DNA from: an uncultured Bacteroides sp.
Lineage (GTDB): Bacteria; Bacteroidota; Bacteroidia; Bacteroidales; JACABE01
Assembly: GCA_964636105.1 (NCBI GenBank)
Contig: CAZWRD010000005.1
Coordinates: forward strand, 1-52,254
Length of the DNA: 52,254 bases
Direction: 5' to 3'
Shown: positions 10,314 through 20,207 of the stretch, one piece after another
Numbering within the stretch: position 1 is the stretch's first letter
Layout: each line of letters begins with the position of its first letter
Position numbers and translations under genes: made by a program
The notes under the pieces: model-generated
Database searches by the model: none
What the model was told of the DNA's origin: nothing
What the model saw: only the letters and a program-made list of their open reading frames with translations

Positions 10314-11576
10314 ATGAATAATAAAATGCTGATTTTTATCAAGTTGTTTCGTGAAAGCTATTTGTTTGCTTTTCAGGCTATTATTGTTAATAAACTCCGA
10401 ACAATGCTAACTTTGCTAGGAATAACGATTGGAATTTTTTCAATAATATCTGTATTCACTGTTTTCGATTCGATGGAAAACAAAATAAAAACCAGCATTA
10501 ATGCACTGGGTGACAATGTTTTGTTTATACAAAAATGGCCTTGGGCTTTTGGTAGCGATTATCCATGGTGGAAATACATGAATCGGCCTATTCCAAAAAT
10601 TAGCGAACTTGCTGAAATAGAGAAAAAAAGTGATGCTTTCCAAGCAGCTACTTTTTATGCAGCAACTCAAAAAACAGTAAAATATAAAAGCAATAGTATT
10701 TCAAATGCTCTTATTTTAGCTGTATCAAAAGATTATGATAAAGTGATGTCGCTTGATATCGAATTGGGGAGATATTTTGCTGTAAATGAGTCAGTAGGAG
10801 GGAGGTCTGTTGCAATAATTGGGAGAGATATTGCTGATAACCTCTTCGGAAATATTGATCCGATAGGTAAGGAAATTACGGTGTTTGGCAGAAAACTTAC
10901 AGTTATTGGAGTTTTTAAAAAAGAAGGCGAAGATACATTTGGACAAAGTGCTGATAAGCAAGTTATGCTTCCTGTTTTATTTGCAAGAAATGTTTTAGAT
11001 CTAGAATCGGAACAAAACGATCCTTCAATCATTGTTAGAGCTAAAGAAAATATTAGTAACCAAGAACTTAAAGATGAGCTTATAGGAATAATGCGTGGAG
11101 TTAGAAAATTAAAACCAGCAGCAGAAGATAATTTTGCTATAAATGAAATGAGTATGATTACCAAAGGTTTTGAAGGAATTTTTAGCACTATAAGTGTAAT
11201 TGGTTGGATTATCGGCGCTTTCTCGCTTATTGTTGGTGGTTTTGGAATTGCAAATATTATGTTTGTTTCAGTTAAAGAAAGAACTAACCAAATAGGAATT
11301 CAGAAATCATTAGGGGCAAAAAACTATTTTATTTTATTTCAGTTTTTATTTGAAGCCATTTTCTTATCATTAATTGGTGGTGCTTTGGGCTTAATAATTA
11401 TATTCATAGGTACACTAATTGTAACCTATGGTTTAGATTTTGAATTAACCTTAACTTTTGGCAATATTTTCTTAGGTTTAGGCGTTTCATTTATAATTGG
11501 CTTAATATCAGGTTTTATTCCAGCTTTTTCTGCTTCAAGACTAAATCCTGTAGATGCCATTCGATCAAATAGTTAA
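10314..11576 (+). CDS. MacB/FtsX-like ABC transporter permease
   Basis: NKLRTMLTLLGITIG, periplasmic domain, VGGFGIANIMFVSVKERTNQIGIQKSLGA, PAFSASRLNPVDAIR. Confidence 0.92.
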   Translation: MNNKMLIFIKLFRESYLFAFQAIIVNKLRTMLTLLGITIGIFSIISVFTVFDSMENKIKTSINALGDNVLFIQKWPWAFGSDYPWWKYMNRPIPKISELAEIEKKSDAFQAATFYAATQKTVKYKSNSISNALILAVSKDYDKVMSLDIELGRYFAVNESVGGRSVAIIGRDIADNLFGNIDPIGKEITVFGRKLTVIGVFKKEGEDTFGQSADKQVMLPVLFARNVLDLESEQNDPSIIVRAKENISNQELKDELIGIMRGVRKLKPAAEDNFAINEMSMITKGFEGIFSTISVIGWIIGAFSLIVGGFGIANIMFVSVKERTNQIGIQKSLGAKNYFILFQFLFEAIFLSLIGGALGLIIIFIGTLIVTYGLDFELTLTFGNIFLGLGVSFIIGLISGFIPAFSASRLNPVDAIRSNS

Positions 11577-11587
11577 TTTTTTTAATA

Positions 11588-12595
11588 ATGCAATATATGA
11601 AAATTTTAAAATTCAACTTCAAGACTTTTTGTTTATTAAGTACTTTACTTTTTGCTTTTTCATCATGTGATACCAAATCTACTGGAAAACCTTCATCTTC
11701 GGGCAAAACCTGTGAAATATTGGTTGTAATAGATAAAAGCAAAATGGATGGCGAAATTGGCGATAGTTTACGAGGGTTTTTTATGCGAGAGCAAGATGGA
11801 TTAAATCAGCCAGAACCTTTATTTACAATGCCTTATATTCCACTTTCTTCTTTCGAAAACACAGAGATGTTTCAAGCTCACCGAAATATAATTATGGTTG
11901 ATATTAACGATAGTTGCAAAACCCGACTTGAAATTTTGAAAGATTTTAAATCAAAGCCACAATTGATTTTTAAATTAAGTGCACAAAATAATTCAGAATT
12001 TTTTAAGCTCTTTGCAGAGAAAAGAGAATTGATGCTTAAAGCAATTGATGATTTAGAAAGAAATCGCATTAATGCAGCGTTTAAGGCTGTTGAAAAAATA
12101 GAAATAAAAAATCACATCAGAAATACGTATGCTTTTGATATGACTTTTCCCTCCGAATTTAGTATTTCAAAAAAAACCAAAGATTTTTCTTGGATAAGAA
12201 AAGAAGCAAAAGATTTCAGTCAAGGTATTATGATTTATTTATTTCCTTATACAGATAAAAATGATTTAAATCCTTCACGCATTATTGCAATACGTGATTC
12301 ACTGACAAAACAATGGATACCAGGCCCTACAGATGGTTCTTTCATGAAAACAGAAAAACGATTTCGCCCTATTTCAAAAGAGATAAATTTTAATGGCTTA
12401 TATGCTGTAGAAACCAGAGGCTTATGGTGTTTGGAAAATGATTTTATGGGTGGTCCCTATATAAATTATACTTTTGTTGATGAAAAAAACAATAGAATTA
12501 TTATGCTTGATGGTTATTTATATTCACCTAAAAAACCAAAGCGTGATTTATTAAAACAAATTGAAGCTATTATATACACTTACAGGCAGTTGTAA
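11588..12595 (+). CDS. DUF4837-like lipoprotein
   Basis: Lipobox FSSC; SSGKTCEILVV, GLNQPEPLF, IPGPTDGSFM, RGLW...MGGPY, PKKPKRD as in this Bacteroidota family. Confidence 0.75.
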   Translation: MQYMKILKFNFKTFCLLSTLLFAFSSCDTKSTGKPSSSGKTCEILVVIDKSKMDGEIGDSLRGFFMREQDGLNQPEPLFTMPYIPLSSFENTEMFQAHRNIIMVDINDSCKTRLEILKDFKSKPQLIFKLSAQNNSEFFKLFAEKRELMLKAIDDLERNRINAAFKAVEKIEIKNHIRNTYAFDMTFPSEFSISKKTKDFSWIRKEAKDFSQGIMIYLFPYTDKNDLNPSRIIAIRDSLTKQWIPGPTDGSFMKTEKRFRPISKEINFNGLYAVETRGLWCLENDFMGGPYINYTFVDEKNNRIIMLDGYLYSPKKPKRDLLKQIEAIIYTYRQL

Positions 12596-12637
12596 TAATT
12601 TGTAAAAATTAATTCGCAAATTAAGTAAAATTATACA

Positions 12638-13975
12638 ATGTCTGAATTAATTAACGACAGAAAAGTTTTTTCACTCAGAGAAGTTAGTTTGAGTTTACAA
12701 AAAACAATATCAGAACGTTATAAAAGTTTTTATTGGATAAAGACAGAGATTAATAAACTTAATTATTATCCACACTCAGGGCATTGTTATCCTGATTTGC
12801 TTGAAAAGGATGGTGTAGCCATTGTTGCTCAGTTTCGAGCTAATTTGTGGAAATCTGATTATCAAAAGATAAATTCCAATTTCATTAAAGTTCTAAAAGA
12901 ACCGTTAAAAGATGGAATTTCGGTGTTGATATGTGCTTATATTCAATATGATCAGGTTCATGGCTTAAGCTTGAGAATTATTGATATCGATCCCGTTTTT
13001 TCGCTTGGAGAACTTGAAAAAGAGAAACAAAATTCTATAAGTAAACTTAAAGAAGAAGGTATTTTTAATCATAATAAGTTGTTGAAAATGCCTTTATTAC
13101 CAAAACGTATAGCAATTATTTCAGTAGAAACGAGTAAAGGTTATTCTGATTTTAAGAAAGTAATTGATTTGAATCCGTGGAATTATAAGTTTTATTATAG
13201 GTTGTTTCCATCTTTGCTACAAGGTGAAAAATCAATTGAATCAATTATAAACCAGTTAAATAATATTAGAAAATTACTTAGTCATTTTGACGTTGTTGCT
13301 ATTATCAGAGGTGGTGGTGGCGAGGTTGGATTGTCTTCATACAATAATTATCTTTTAGCAAAAGAAATAGCCTTATTTCCAATTCCTGTAATAAGTGGAA
13401 TTGGTCATTCAACCAATGAAACTGTTAGCGAAATGGTATCGCATTACACAGCTATAACCCCCACTGAATTAGCTGATTTCTTAATTCAAAAATTTCATAA
13501 TTTTTCTATTCCAATCAAAAGTGCTGAAGAAAAAATTACTTTAATTTCAAATAGAATTATTGAAAATGAAAATCAAAAATTTCAAAATTTAGTTAAGCAG
13601 TTTAAAGTATCATATACTAATAGGGTGAAATCTGAACATGAAAGTTTAAGTTTATTATCTGTAAATATTACAAAATCAGCAGATAATGTCTTTCAGAATT
13701 TGAAGAATAAATGCAAGCAAATTTTCAGGAACTTACAAATTGCTTCATCTAATTTGATGAAAATTAGTGAAATAAATTTGGTGTCAGCTAATAAAAATAT
13801 AGAAATTTTAAATCCAGAAAATATACTAAAACGTGGATATTCATTTGTTTTGAAAAATGGGAAATTAATAAATAATGTTTCAGAAATATCAGAAAACGAT
13901 ATAATTACAAATATTGTAGCTGATGGAGAAATAATAAGCATAGTTAAAAAAATAAAAAGAAATACAAATGACTGA
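12638..13975 (+). CDS. xseA: Exodeoxyribonuclease VII large subunit
   Basis: SGHCY OB-fold, LPKRIAIIS, IIRGGG, PVISGIGH, TPT, LNPENILKRGYS. Confidence 0.95.
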   Translation: MSELINDRKVFSLREVSLSLQKTISERYKSFYWIKTEINKLNYYPHSGHCYPDLLEKDGVAIVAQFRANLWKSDYQKINSNFIKVLKEPLKDGISVLICAYIQYDQVHGLSLRIIDIDPVFSLGELEKEKQNSISKLKEEGIFNHNKLLKMPLLPKRIAIISVETSKGYSDFKKVIDLNPWNYKFYYRLFPSLLQGEKSIESIINQLNNIRKLLSHFDVVAIIRGGGGEVGLSSYNNYLLAKEIALFPIPVISGIGHSTNETVSEMVSHYTAITPTELADFLIQKFHNFSIPIKSAEEKITLISNRIIENENQKFQNLVKQFKVSYTNRVKSEHESLSLLSVNITKSADNVFQNLKNKCKQIFRNLQIASSNLMKISEINLVSANKNIEILNPENILKRGYSFVLKNGKLINNVSEISENDIITNIVADGEIISIVKKIKRNTND

Positions 13976-14177
13976 AATAATAAATTACACAGAAGCTTTT
14001 GATGAATTACAAAAGATAGTTAATGAGTTAGAAAGAGCAGAGGTATCAATAGACGAATTGTCGGAGAAAGTAAAAAGAGCTGCTGTTTTAATTAAGATTT
14101 GCAAACAGAAACTAACTGAAACAGAAGAAGATGTAAGTGAAATAATTAAAAATTTGAGTAAAGAACTTGAATCTTAA
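13968..14177 (+). CDS. xseB: Exodeoxyribonuclease VII small subunit
   Basis: YTEAFDELQKIVNELE...SIDEL...CKQKL; overlaps the end of xseA. Confidence 0.92.
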   Translation: MTEIINYTEAFDELQKIVNELERAEVSIDELSEKVKRAAVLIKICKQKLTETEEDVSEIIKNLSKELES

Positions 14178-14233
14178 TTTTTTTTATTTTTTCAAATAAA
14201 GATAAAAATGTAATTTCGTTGAAAAATCAGCAT

Positions 14234-16303
14234 ATGATTAAACTATTACAAAAATTTAGGAATCAATACGCAAATCTTTATAAATTATTTCTTTTTGGAC
14301 TCAGTATAACCCTTTTGTTATCTTTGTTTCCTAAGGAAGAAGCATTTAAATTTGAGTTCAGCAAAGGGAAATATTGGATGAATGATGATTTGTTTGCTCC
14401 TTTTGATTTTGCAATTACCAAATCTGATAATGAAGTTGATAAGGAAAAAGATATTCTTACTAAGAGTTTTAAGCCATATTTTAAAATTGATTTAAAATCA
14501 GATTTAATTAAAAGAACAGAATTAAAATCAAATCTTGAAAAGCAGTTAAAATCTACTTCAAAATCTGATAAAGAAGCGATTATCAATTTTGAAATTAAAT
14601 TTGCACTTCAGATTTTTGATTCTTTATTGAAATGGGGAATTATAGAGACTGTACCTCAAATTGAAAATAAACCACCTGATTTTGATGTAATTGTAATAAA
14701 AAATAATATTGCAGAAGAGAAAGAGCTTAATTCATTTTATAGTGTTTCGAGTGCAGATAAGTATATTAAAGAAAAAGTTGAGAACTTTAAAACTGATCAT
14801 AAATCGGTTTTGATTAATTTGCTTGAAAAATCTATATTTCAAAATGTTAGATATGATGCAGAATTAACCCAGAAAGAACAGCAGAATTTAATTTCTAATA
14901 TCTCTACTTCAATTGGAATGATTGAAAACGGACAAAGAATTATTTCAAAAGGAGATTTAATAACAAATGAAAAGTTTCAAATTCTTGAATCGTTAAAACA
15001 AGAATATAAATCCCAAATAATCACAACCTCAAGATATTATAGGTTATTAGCAGGTCAATTTATTTTGATATCAATTTCAATAATTGTATTAATTTTGTTT
15101 TTAAATGCTTTTAGAAAAGATATTTTGGCAGATAATAAGAAAATTTTATTCTTATTGTTAGTAATTTTTGTAATGGTATTTGTAACTAGTATGGTTATCA
15201 AAACAGATGCAAATTATATTTATTTAATTCCATTGTGTTTGGTTCCAGTAATTATTCGTGTTTTTTTCGATACCCGACTGGCTCTATTCGTACATTTGGT
15301 AACTATTATCTTAATAGGATTTTTAGCTCCAAATAGTTTTGAATTTGTTTTTATTCAGATGATTACCGGAATTATTACCATTATTAGTGTTGTAAATCTC
15401 GAAAAGCGAGCACAATTTTTTCTTACATCTTTGTATATTTTTATAACATACTCTTTGATTTATATCGGATTATCTTTAATTCAAGAGGGCAGTATTCAGA
15501 AAGATTCTTTAAAAGTTTTTGGAATGTTTGCAGCAAGTTCGTTGCTTACTTTATTTTCCTACCCTCTAATTTTTATTTTTGAGAAATTGTTTGGTTATGT
15601 AACAGATGTTTCTCTGATGGAATTATCGAATACTAATTCTAAATTATTAAGAGAGCTTGCTGCAAAAACGCCAGGTACTTTTCAGCATTCAATGCAAGTT
15701 GCTAATTTGGTAGAAGAAGTTATTTTTGAAATTGGGGGAAATGCTTTGTTAGCCAGAGCAGGAGCGATGTATCATGATATTGGTAAAATAGATATGCCAA
15801 TGTATTTTATTGAAAATCAAAGTACAGGTGTAAATCCACACGATGAATTATCATATGATGAAAGTGCTGAAATTATTTTAAGTCATGTAACTAAAGGAAT
15901 TAAAATTGCTCGTAAATATCGGATACCAGAGCAATTAATTGATTTTATCAGAACACATCACGGAACACGAAAAACCGAATATTTTTATCAAAAACATAGA
16001 TTTGAATTTCCTGAAGAAGAGATTGATGATGAAGCATATACATATAGAGGTCCTATTCCTTTTTCTAAAGAAACTGCTGTTTTGATGATGGTAGATTCAG
16101 TTGAAGCTGCATCGAGAAGTATAAAAATGCCTGATGAGCAGAAAATAAGTGTTTTGGTTGATTCTATTATTGATGGTCAAATTAAAACAAATCAATTTGT
16201 AAATTCTAATATTACTTTCCGTGATATTGAGAAAATCAGAAAAATACTAAAGAAAAATCTCGTAAATATTTATCATGCTCGCATTGACTATACAATAAAT
16301 TAA
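14234..16303 (+). CDS. 7TM-HD (HDIG) membrane phosphohydrolase, PgpH-like
   Basis: Extracytoplasmic domain, about 7 hydrophobic segments, PGTFQHS, YHDIGK, HHGT, DSVEAASRS. Confidence 0.9.
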   Translation: MIKLLQKFRNQYANLYKLFLFGLSITLLLSLFPKEEAFKFEFSKGKYWMNDDLFAPFDFAITKSDNEVDKEKDILTKSFKPYFKIDLKSDLIKRTELKSNLEKQLKSTSKSDKEAIINFEIKFALQIFDSLLKWGIIETVPQIENKPPDFDVIVIKNNIAEEKELNSFYSVSSADKYIKEKVENFKTDHKSVLINLLEKSIFQNVRYDAELTQKEQQNLISNISTSIGMIENGQRIISKGDLITNEKFQILESLKQEYKSQIITTSRYYRLLAGQFILISISIIVLILFLNAFRKDILADNKKILFLLLVIFVMVFVTSMVIKTDANYIYLIPLCLVPVIIRVFFDTRLALFVHLVTIILIGFLAPNSFEFVFIQMITGIITIISVVNLEKRAQFFLTSLYIFITYSLIYIGLSLIQEGSIQKDSLKVFGMFAASSLLTLFSYPLIFIFEKLFGYVTDVSLMELSNTNSKLLRELAAKTPGTFQHSMQVANLVEEVIFEIGGNALLARAGAMYHDIGKIDMPMYFIENQSTGVNPHDELSYDESAEIILSHVTKGIKIARKYRIPEQLIDFIRTHHGTRKTEYFYQKHRFEFPEEEIDDEAYTYRGPIPFSKETAVLMMVDSVEAASRSIKMPDEQKISVLVDSIIDGQIKTNQFVNSNITFRDIEKIRKILKKNLVNIYHARIDYTIN

Positions 16304-16393
16304 AATTGTTGTTGAGTTTTGTAAGTAGCAGAATAATAATTAAATGAGTGTGTTGTATGCTGATTTTTGTTAAGTCGGTACAAAGCCTATTTT

Positions 16394-16465
16394 TATCATT
16401 TCACCTATCATTCCTATCATTATATAGATTCTTTTTTTATTAAATAATATTTCAGAATATATTTG
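16394..16465 (+). promoter_or_regulatory. Direct repeats (TATCATT x3) upstream of a -7 box
   Basis: TATCATT at 16394, 16406 and 16415; TATATTTG at 16458-16465. Confidence 0.45.
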
Positions 16466-16489
16466 TATAAAATTAATAATCTGTATAAT

Positions 16490-16825
16490 ATGAAAACAAA
16501 AATATTGATTATCACATTTTTTGTGATTTTTGTTGGCATTAAGACTAATTATGCCGAAAACGATAGTGTTGCCTTTAAACATTCAATCGTAAATAAAATT
16601 GTTTATCCTGATTTTGCGATGAAAGATAAACTTACAGCTGATGTTTGGGTTAAATTTACTGTTTCAGAGACGGGCAAAATTGTTGTTGATCAAATTAATT
16701 CTGTTGATGTTTTGTTTTTGGATTATGTAAAAACAGAAATTCAGAAATTAGAAATTGATGCTGAAAGTGAATTGATTGGGCGGACTTATTACTATAAATT
16801 TAGTTTTAAGTTTCAGCCAGAATAA
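16490..16825 (+). CDS. Small exported protein resembling a TonB C-terminal domain
   Basis: Signal peptide, then IVYPDFAMKDKLTADVWVKFTVSETGKIV matching the TonB-C pattern YP..A......V.V.F.V...G; no Pro-rich linker. Confidence 0.65.
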   Translation: MKTKILIITFFVIFVGIKTNYAENDSVAFKHSIVNKIVYPDFAMKDKLTADVWVKFTVSETGKIVVDQINSVDVLFLDYVKTEIQKLEIDAESELIGRTYYYKFSFKFQPE

Positions 16826-16881
16826 CTGTATTTAAAATAATGAGTTCTCATAGAATTCTCATTTTTAGTTAAGTTTAGTTT

Positions 16882-16910
16882 AAGCTCCGGTATTTATCGG
16901 GGCTTTTTTT
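16882..16910 (+). terminator. Rho-independent terminator
   Basis: AAGCTCCGG-TATTTA-TCGGGGCTT with G-U pairs, followed by a T tract. Confidence 0.8.
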
Positions 16911-17023
16911 CAAAATGAATATAACGGTTAAAATACTGTTTTCAACTTAAAAAATTCATTGTTCAAATAATTAATTATTATCTTGATATTTTGATGTTTA
17001 TATTTGTATTATAAATAAATTGA

Positions 17024-18061
17024 ATGAAAAGGAAATACATCATAACTATTCATATTCTTTTGTGGATATATCTTTTATATCCTGAGTTTATGCCGCTTTT
17101 CTTTTATAGGGAAAAGATGGGGCCATATTATATTCCAATGATTCCTTTGAATATTTTATTTCATGCAAGTATATTCTATACATTCTATTTGTTTTTGATA
17201 CCTACATTTTTGAAACTGAAAAATAAGCATTTGCTTAGTTTTGTGTTTGGAGCACTTTCTATTGTAGCATTTACGATTTTAAAATTTGTAATATTTTATA
17301 TATATGATAAATTTTTATTAATGATACCCGAAAAGGAGCTTACAATTGAAACATTAGATGTGATAAGCGAATTTAGAACTACTTTGGTGTTAAGTATTTA
17401 TGGTTCATTTACTCAATTTACAATAAGTTGGTTTCAAAATCAGAAACAAAAAACAGAACTCTTAACTCAAAAGCAAGCTGGAGAAATAGCTCTACTTCGT
17501 TCACAGATTAATCCTCATTTTCTTTTTAATACTCTAAATAATATCTATTCATTAGTTTATCAAAAATCGGATGATGCACCTACTGCCGTAATGCGCTTGT
17601 CAGAAATTATGCGTTATATGCTTTATGAAAGCAATGTAAATCAGGTGGAACTAATAAAAGAAATAAATTATTTGAATAGTTTTATTGAATTGCAACAACT
17701 TAGAATGAAAAAAAAGGATTTTGTTAATTTCAATATTGAAGGTAAGATTGAAGGGGTTTTTATCAGCCCAATGCTTCTAATTCCTTTTGTTGAGAATGCT
17801 TTTAAGCATGGTGCAAAAAATTTTCAAACACCAGGCATTGAGATTAAATTAAAGATAATTGAAGATAATTTAGAATTTGAAGTCAATAATTATCACAACA
17901 AAACATATCAATTTAACAAAGATCATGGAAAAGGAATAGGTTTGTTAAATGTAAAACGCAGATTAGAATTGATTTATCCAAATAAGCATACATTAGAAAT
18001 AATTCAAACAAACATACAATATAAAATAATTTTACAAATCAAATTATATAAAAATATATGA
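17024..18061 (+). CDS. LytS/YehU-family membrane sensor histidine kinase
   Basis: N-terminal TM helices; LRSQINPHFLFNTLNNI, PFVENAFKHG, GIGLLNVKRRL. Confidence 0.95.
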   Translation: MKRKYIITIHILLWIYLLYPEFMPLFFYREKMGPYYIPMIPLNILFHASIFYTFYLFLIPTFLKLKNKHLLSFVFGALSIVAFTILKFVIFYIYDKFLLMIPEKELTIETLDVISEFRTTLVLSIYGSFTQFTISWFQNQKQKTELLTQKQAGEIALLRSQINPHFLFNTLNNIYSLVYQKSDDAPTAVMRLSEIMRYMLYESNVNQVELIKEINYLNSFIELQQLRMKKKDFVNFNIEGKIEGVFISPMLLIPFVENAFKHGAKNFQTPGIEIKLKIIEDNLEFEVNNYHNKTYQFNKDHGKGIGLLNVKRRLELIYPNKHTLEIIQTNIQYKIILQIKLYKNI

Positions 18062-18789
18062 AAATCAATTGTATAGCAATAGATGACGAGCCTTTGGCTT
18101 TAGATATTATAAAAGATTATGCGCAAAAAATTCCGTTTTTAGAATTGCAATGTTGTTTTGACAATGCATTGGAATCGCTTAATTATTTAAAAAACAACTC
18201 AGTTGATTTGCTTTTTTTAGATATTCAAATGGAAGAATTAACAGGAATACAATTGCTTAATATTTTAAAACAAAAGCCTTTGGTTATTTTTACAACTGCA
18301 TATGATAGTTATGCAATAAAAGGATTTGAATTAGATGCAGTTGACTATCTATTAAAGCCAATTTCTTTCGAGAGATTTTTAAAAGCTGTTGATAAAGCTT
18401 ATGAAAAATTACAATTTGATAAAGTTCTAAAGAATAGTTCGGCAATGAATACAAATTCAATGCATTATGATGAATTCTTTTTTGTAAAAACTGAATTTAG
18501 AATGGAAAAAATAAAATTTTCTGAAATTTTATTTATTGAAGGAATGGGTGACTATTTAAGAATTGTAACACCAACAAAAAAGATAATGACACTACAAAAT
18601 TTTAAATCAATGGAAGATATGTTGCCACAAAGACAGTTTAGTAGGGTGCATAAATCATTTATAGTATCACTTGATAAAATTGAAAGTGTAGAAAGATGTA
18701 GAATAAAAATTGGAGAACGTACAATCCCTATAAGTGATACATATAAGAAATATTTTTATGATATACTGGAAAAGAAGAAATTGCAATAA
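18058..18789 (+). CDS. LytTR-family response regulator
   Basis: IDDEPLA, FLDIQM, FTTAY, DYLLKP, FSRVHKSFIV. Confidence 0.95.
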   Translation: MKINCIAIDDEPLALDIIKDYAQKIPFLELQCCFDNALESLNYLKNNSVDLLFLDIQMEELTGIQLLNILKQKPLVIFTTAYDSYAIKGFELDAVDYLLKPISFERFLKAVDKAYEKLQFDKVLKNSSAMNTNSMHYDEFFFVKTEFRMEKIKFSEILFIEGMGDYLRIVTPTKKIMTLQNFKSMEDMLPQRQFSRVHKSFIVSLDKIESVERCRIKIGERTIPISDTYKKYFYDILEKKKLQ

Positions 18790-18824
18790 AAAAAGCCCTT
18801 GCAATTTTGCAAGGGCTTTTTTTT
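18788..18824. terminator. Bidirectional terminator
   Basis: AAAAAAAGCCCTTGCAA-TT-TTGCAAGGGCTTTTTTT between convergent genes. Confidence 0.9.
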
Positions 18825-19233
18825 ATTGTTCTAACAAAGGATAATTAATTTGATCTTTAATTACAAATGCTTCAGGAAAATCGGTTTTGATTTTTAGCAA
18901 AAAACCTCTGGCTTCCATTCTGTTTCGAAAATCACCAATTTTAACTTTAAAATTAGGTTCTTCATAAACTACGTATGCTTCAATACCAGGGTACTTAGAG
19001 TTAAAAGTAGTTTTTAATTGATACGCATTTGCTTTTGAATTATTTCCCGATTTAAAAAAAATATTAATTCTAAATCCAGAAATGGTATTTGAAATTTCAT
19101 TTACTTTTAAATGTTTACTTAATAGTTCATCAACCTTTTCATCCTGAATTATTTCCAGTTTTCCATTGGTATTTTGAGCGTTAAGACTAACACAAATTAA
19201 TGCAAAAAACAAAAAGTGAAATATTCTTTTCAT
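18823..19233 (-). CDS. SPOR-domain exported protein
   Basis: Signal peptide; GFRINIF...A......F...YP...YEEPNFKVKIGDF..R.EA...IK..FPEAF. Confidence 0.85.
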   Translation of the reverse strand: MKRIFHFLFFALICVSLNAQNTNGKLEIIQDEKVDELLSKHLKVNEISNTISGFRINIFFKSGNNSKANAYQLKTTFNSKYPGIEAYVVYEEPNFKVKIGDFRNRMEARGFLLKIKTDFPEAFVIKDQINYPLLEQ

Positions 19234-19242
19234 GAAATGCTG

Positions 19243-20088
19243 CTATCTTGCTGAATTATTAATTTCAACTGGTTGGATACTTAATACAGGTATAGGACTG
19301 TTGTTTACCATTTGTTGAGCATATGGACCTAACCAGAAATTGGCAGCAGTTTTTTCTTGTTCAGTCATAATAACCACTAAGTCAGCATTTATTTTCTGAG
19401 AATAATCAATTGTAGTTGTTGTAGTATTGTCAGCTTCCAAGAAATTTGTTACATATTTAGTTTGGTTTTCATCTAAATAATGTTCAACCTGAGTAACATA
19501 AGTGTCAACTTTGCGTCTAATGGCTTTAAGAGTTGTCGTATATAATCCTAAGATATGTATTTCGGCATTAAAATATTTTGCCATTTTACATGCAAAAGGA
19601 ACTTTCTGACGTGTGTCTGTTGAGCTGTCAATAGGCAAAATAATTTTTTCTAAATGCTTATTAAAATTAAAACCATAGCGAATTGTAATTACAGGACATG
19701 GAGCGTAAGTAACAATTCTGAATGCATTACTACCCATCCACATTTTTTCAAAACCAGAAGCACCATGAGTACCAGCAATTATCAAATCAGCATCATTGTA
19801 TTTTGCTTGATTGGCTATTTCGCTATAAACTCTTCCTTTGCGGAGTTTATAACTTAGTGTGCCACTCACTAATTTCTTTTGATAATCTTCTTGAATCTTT
19901 TCAATATGAATTTTTGCATCATTTCTAACTTCATTTCCAGAAGCGAAATATTCAGAATCTGAGTCTCCTTGACTATCAACCCAAACCATCATAATGTTGG
20001 CATTGGTTTTGTTAGCAATATCAATAGCGAGCTCTAATGCATATAAAGATCCTTTCGAAAAATCAATTGCGACAATTATTTCTTTCAT
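19243..20088 (-). CDS. Universal stress protein (tandem Usp domains)
   Basis: IIVAIDFS, ADLIIAGTHGASG...GSNA, APCPVITI; second domain IILPID...ADLVVI. Confidence 0.92.
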   Translation of the reverse strand: MKEIIVAIDFSKGSLYALELAIDIANKTNANIMMVWVDSQGDSDSEYFASGNEVRNDAKIHIEKIQEDYQKKLVSGTLSYKLRKGRVYSEIANQAKYNDADLIIAGTHGASGFEKMWMGSNAFRIVTYAPCPVITIRYGFNFNKHLEKIILPIDSSTDTRQKVPFACKMAKYFNAEIHILGLYTTTLKAIRRKVDTYVTQVEHYLDENQTKYVTNFLEADNTTTTTIDYSQKINADLVVIMTEQEKTAANFWLGPYAQQMVNNSPIPVLSIQPVEINNSAR

Positions 20089-20207
20089 AATATCCGATTT
20101 TTAATGATTATTATTTAATTTAGCTAAATTATAATATTTTTTTACAATTTATACGTTTTGATAAAAAAAAATGTTACGAATTTTAATGTTTTAACAGTTT
20201 TTAAAAA

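Noticed and set aside
16370-16582. 70-aa minus-strand ORF with IIGMIGEMIKIG periodicity
   Set aside because: The periodicity is the translation of the TATCATT DNA repeats, and the ORF overlaps a better-supported plus-strand gene and promoter.
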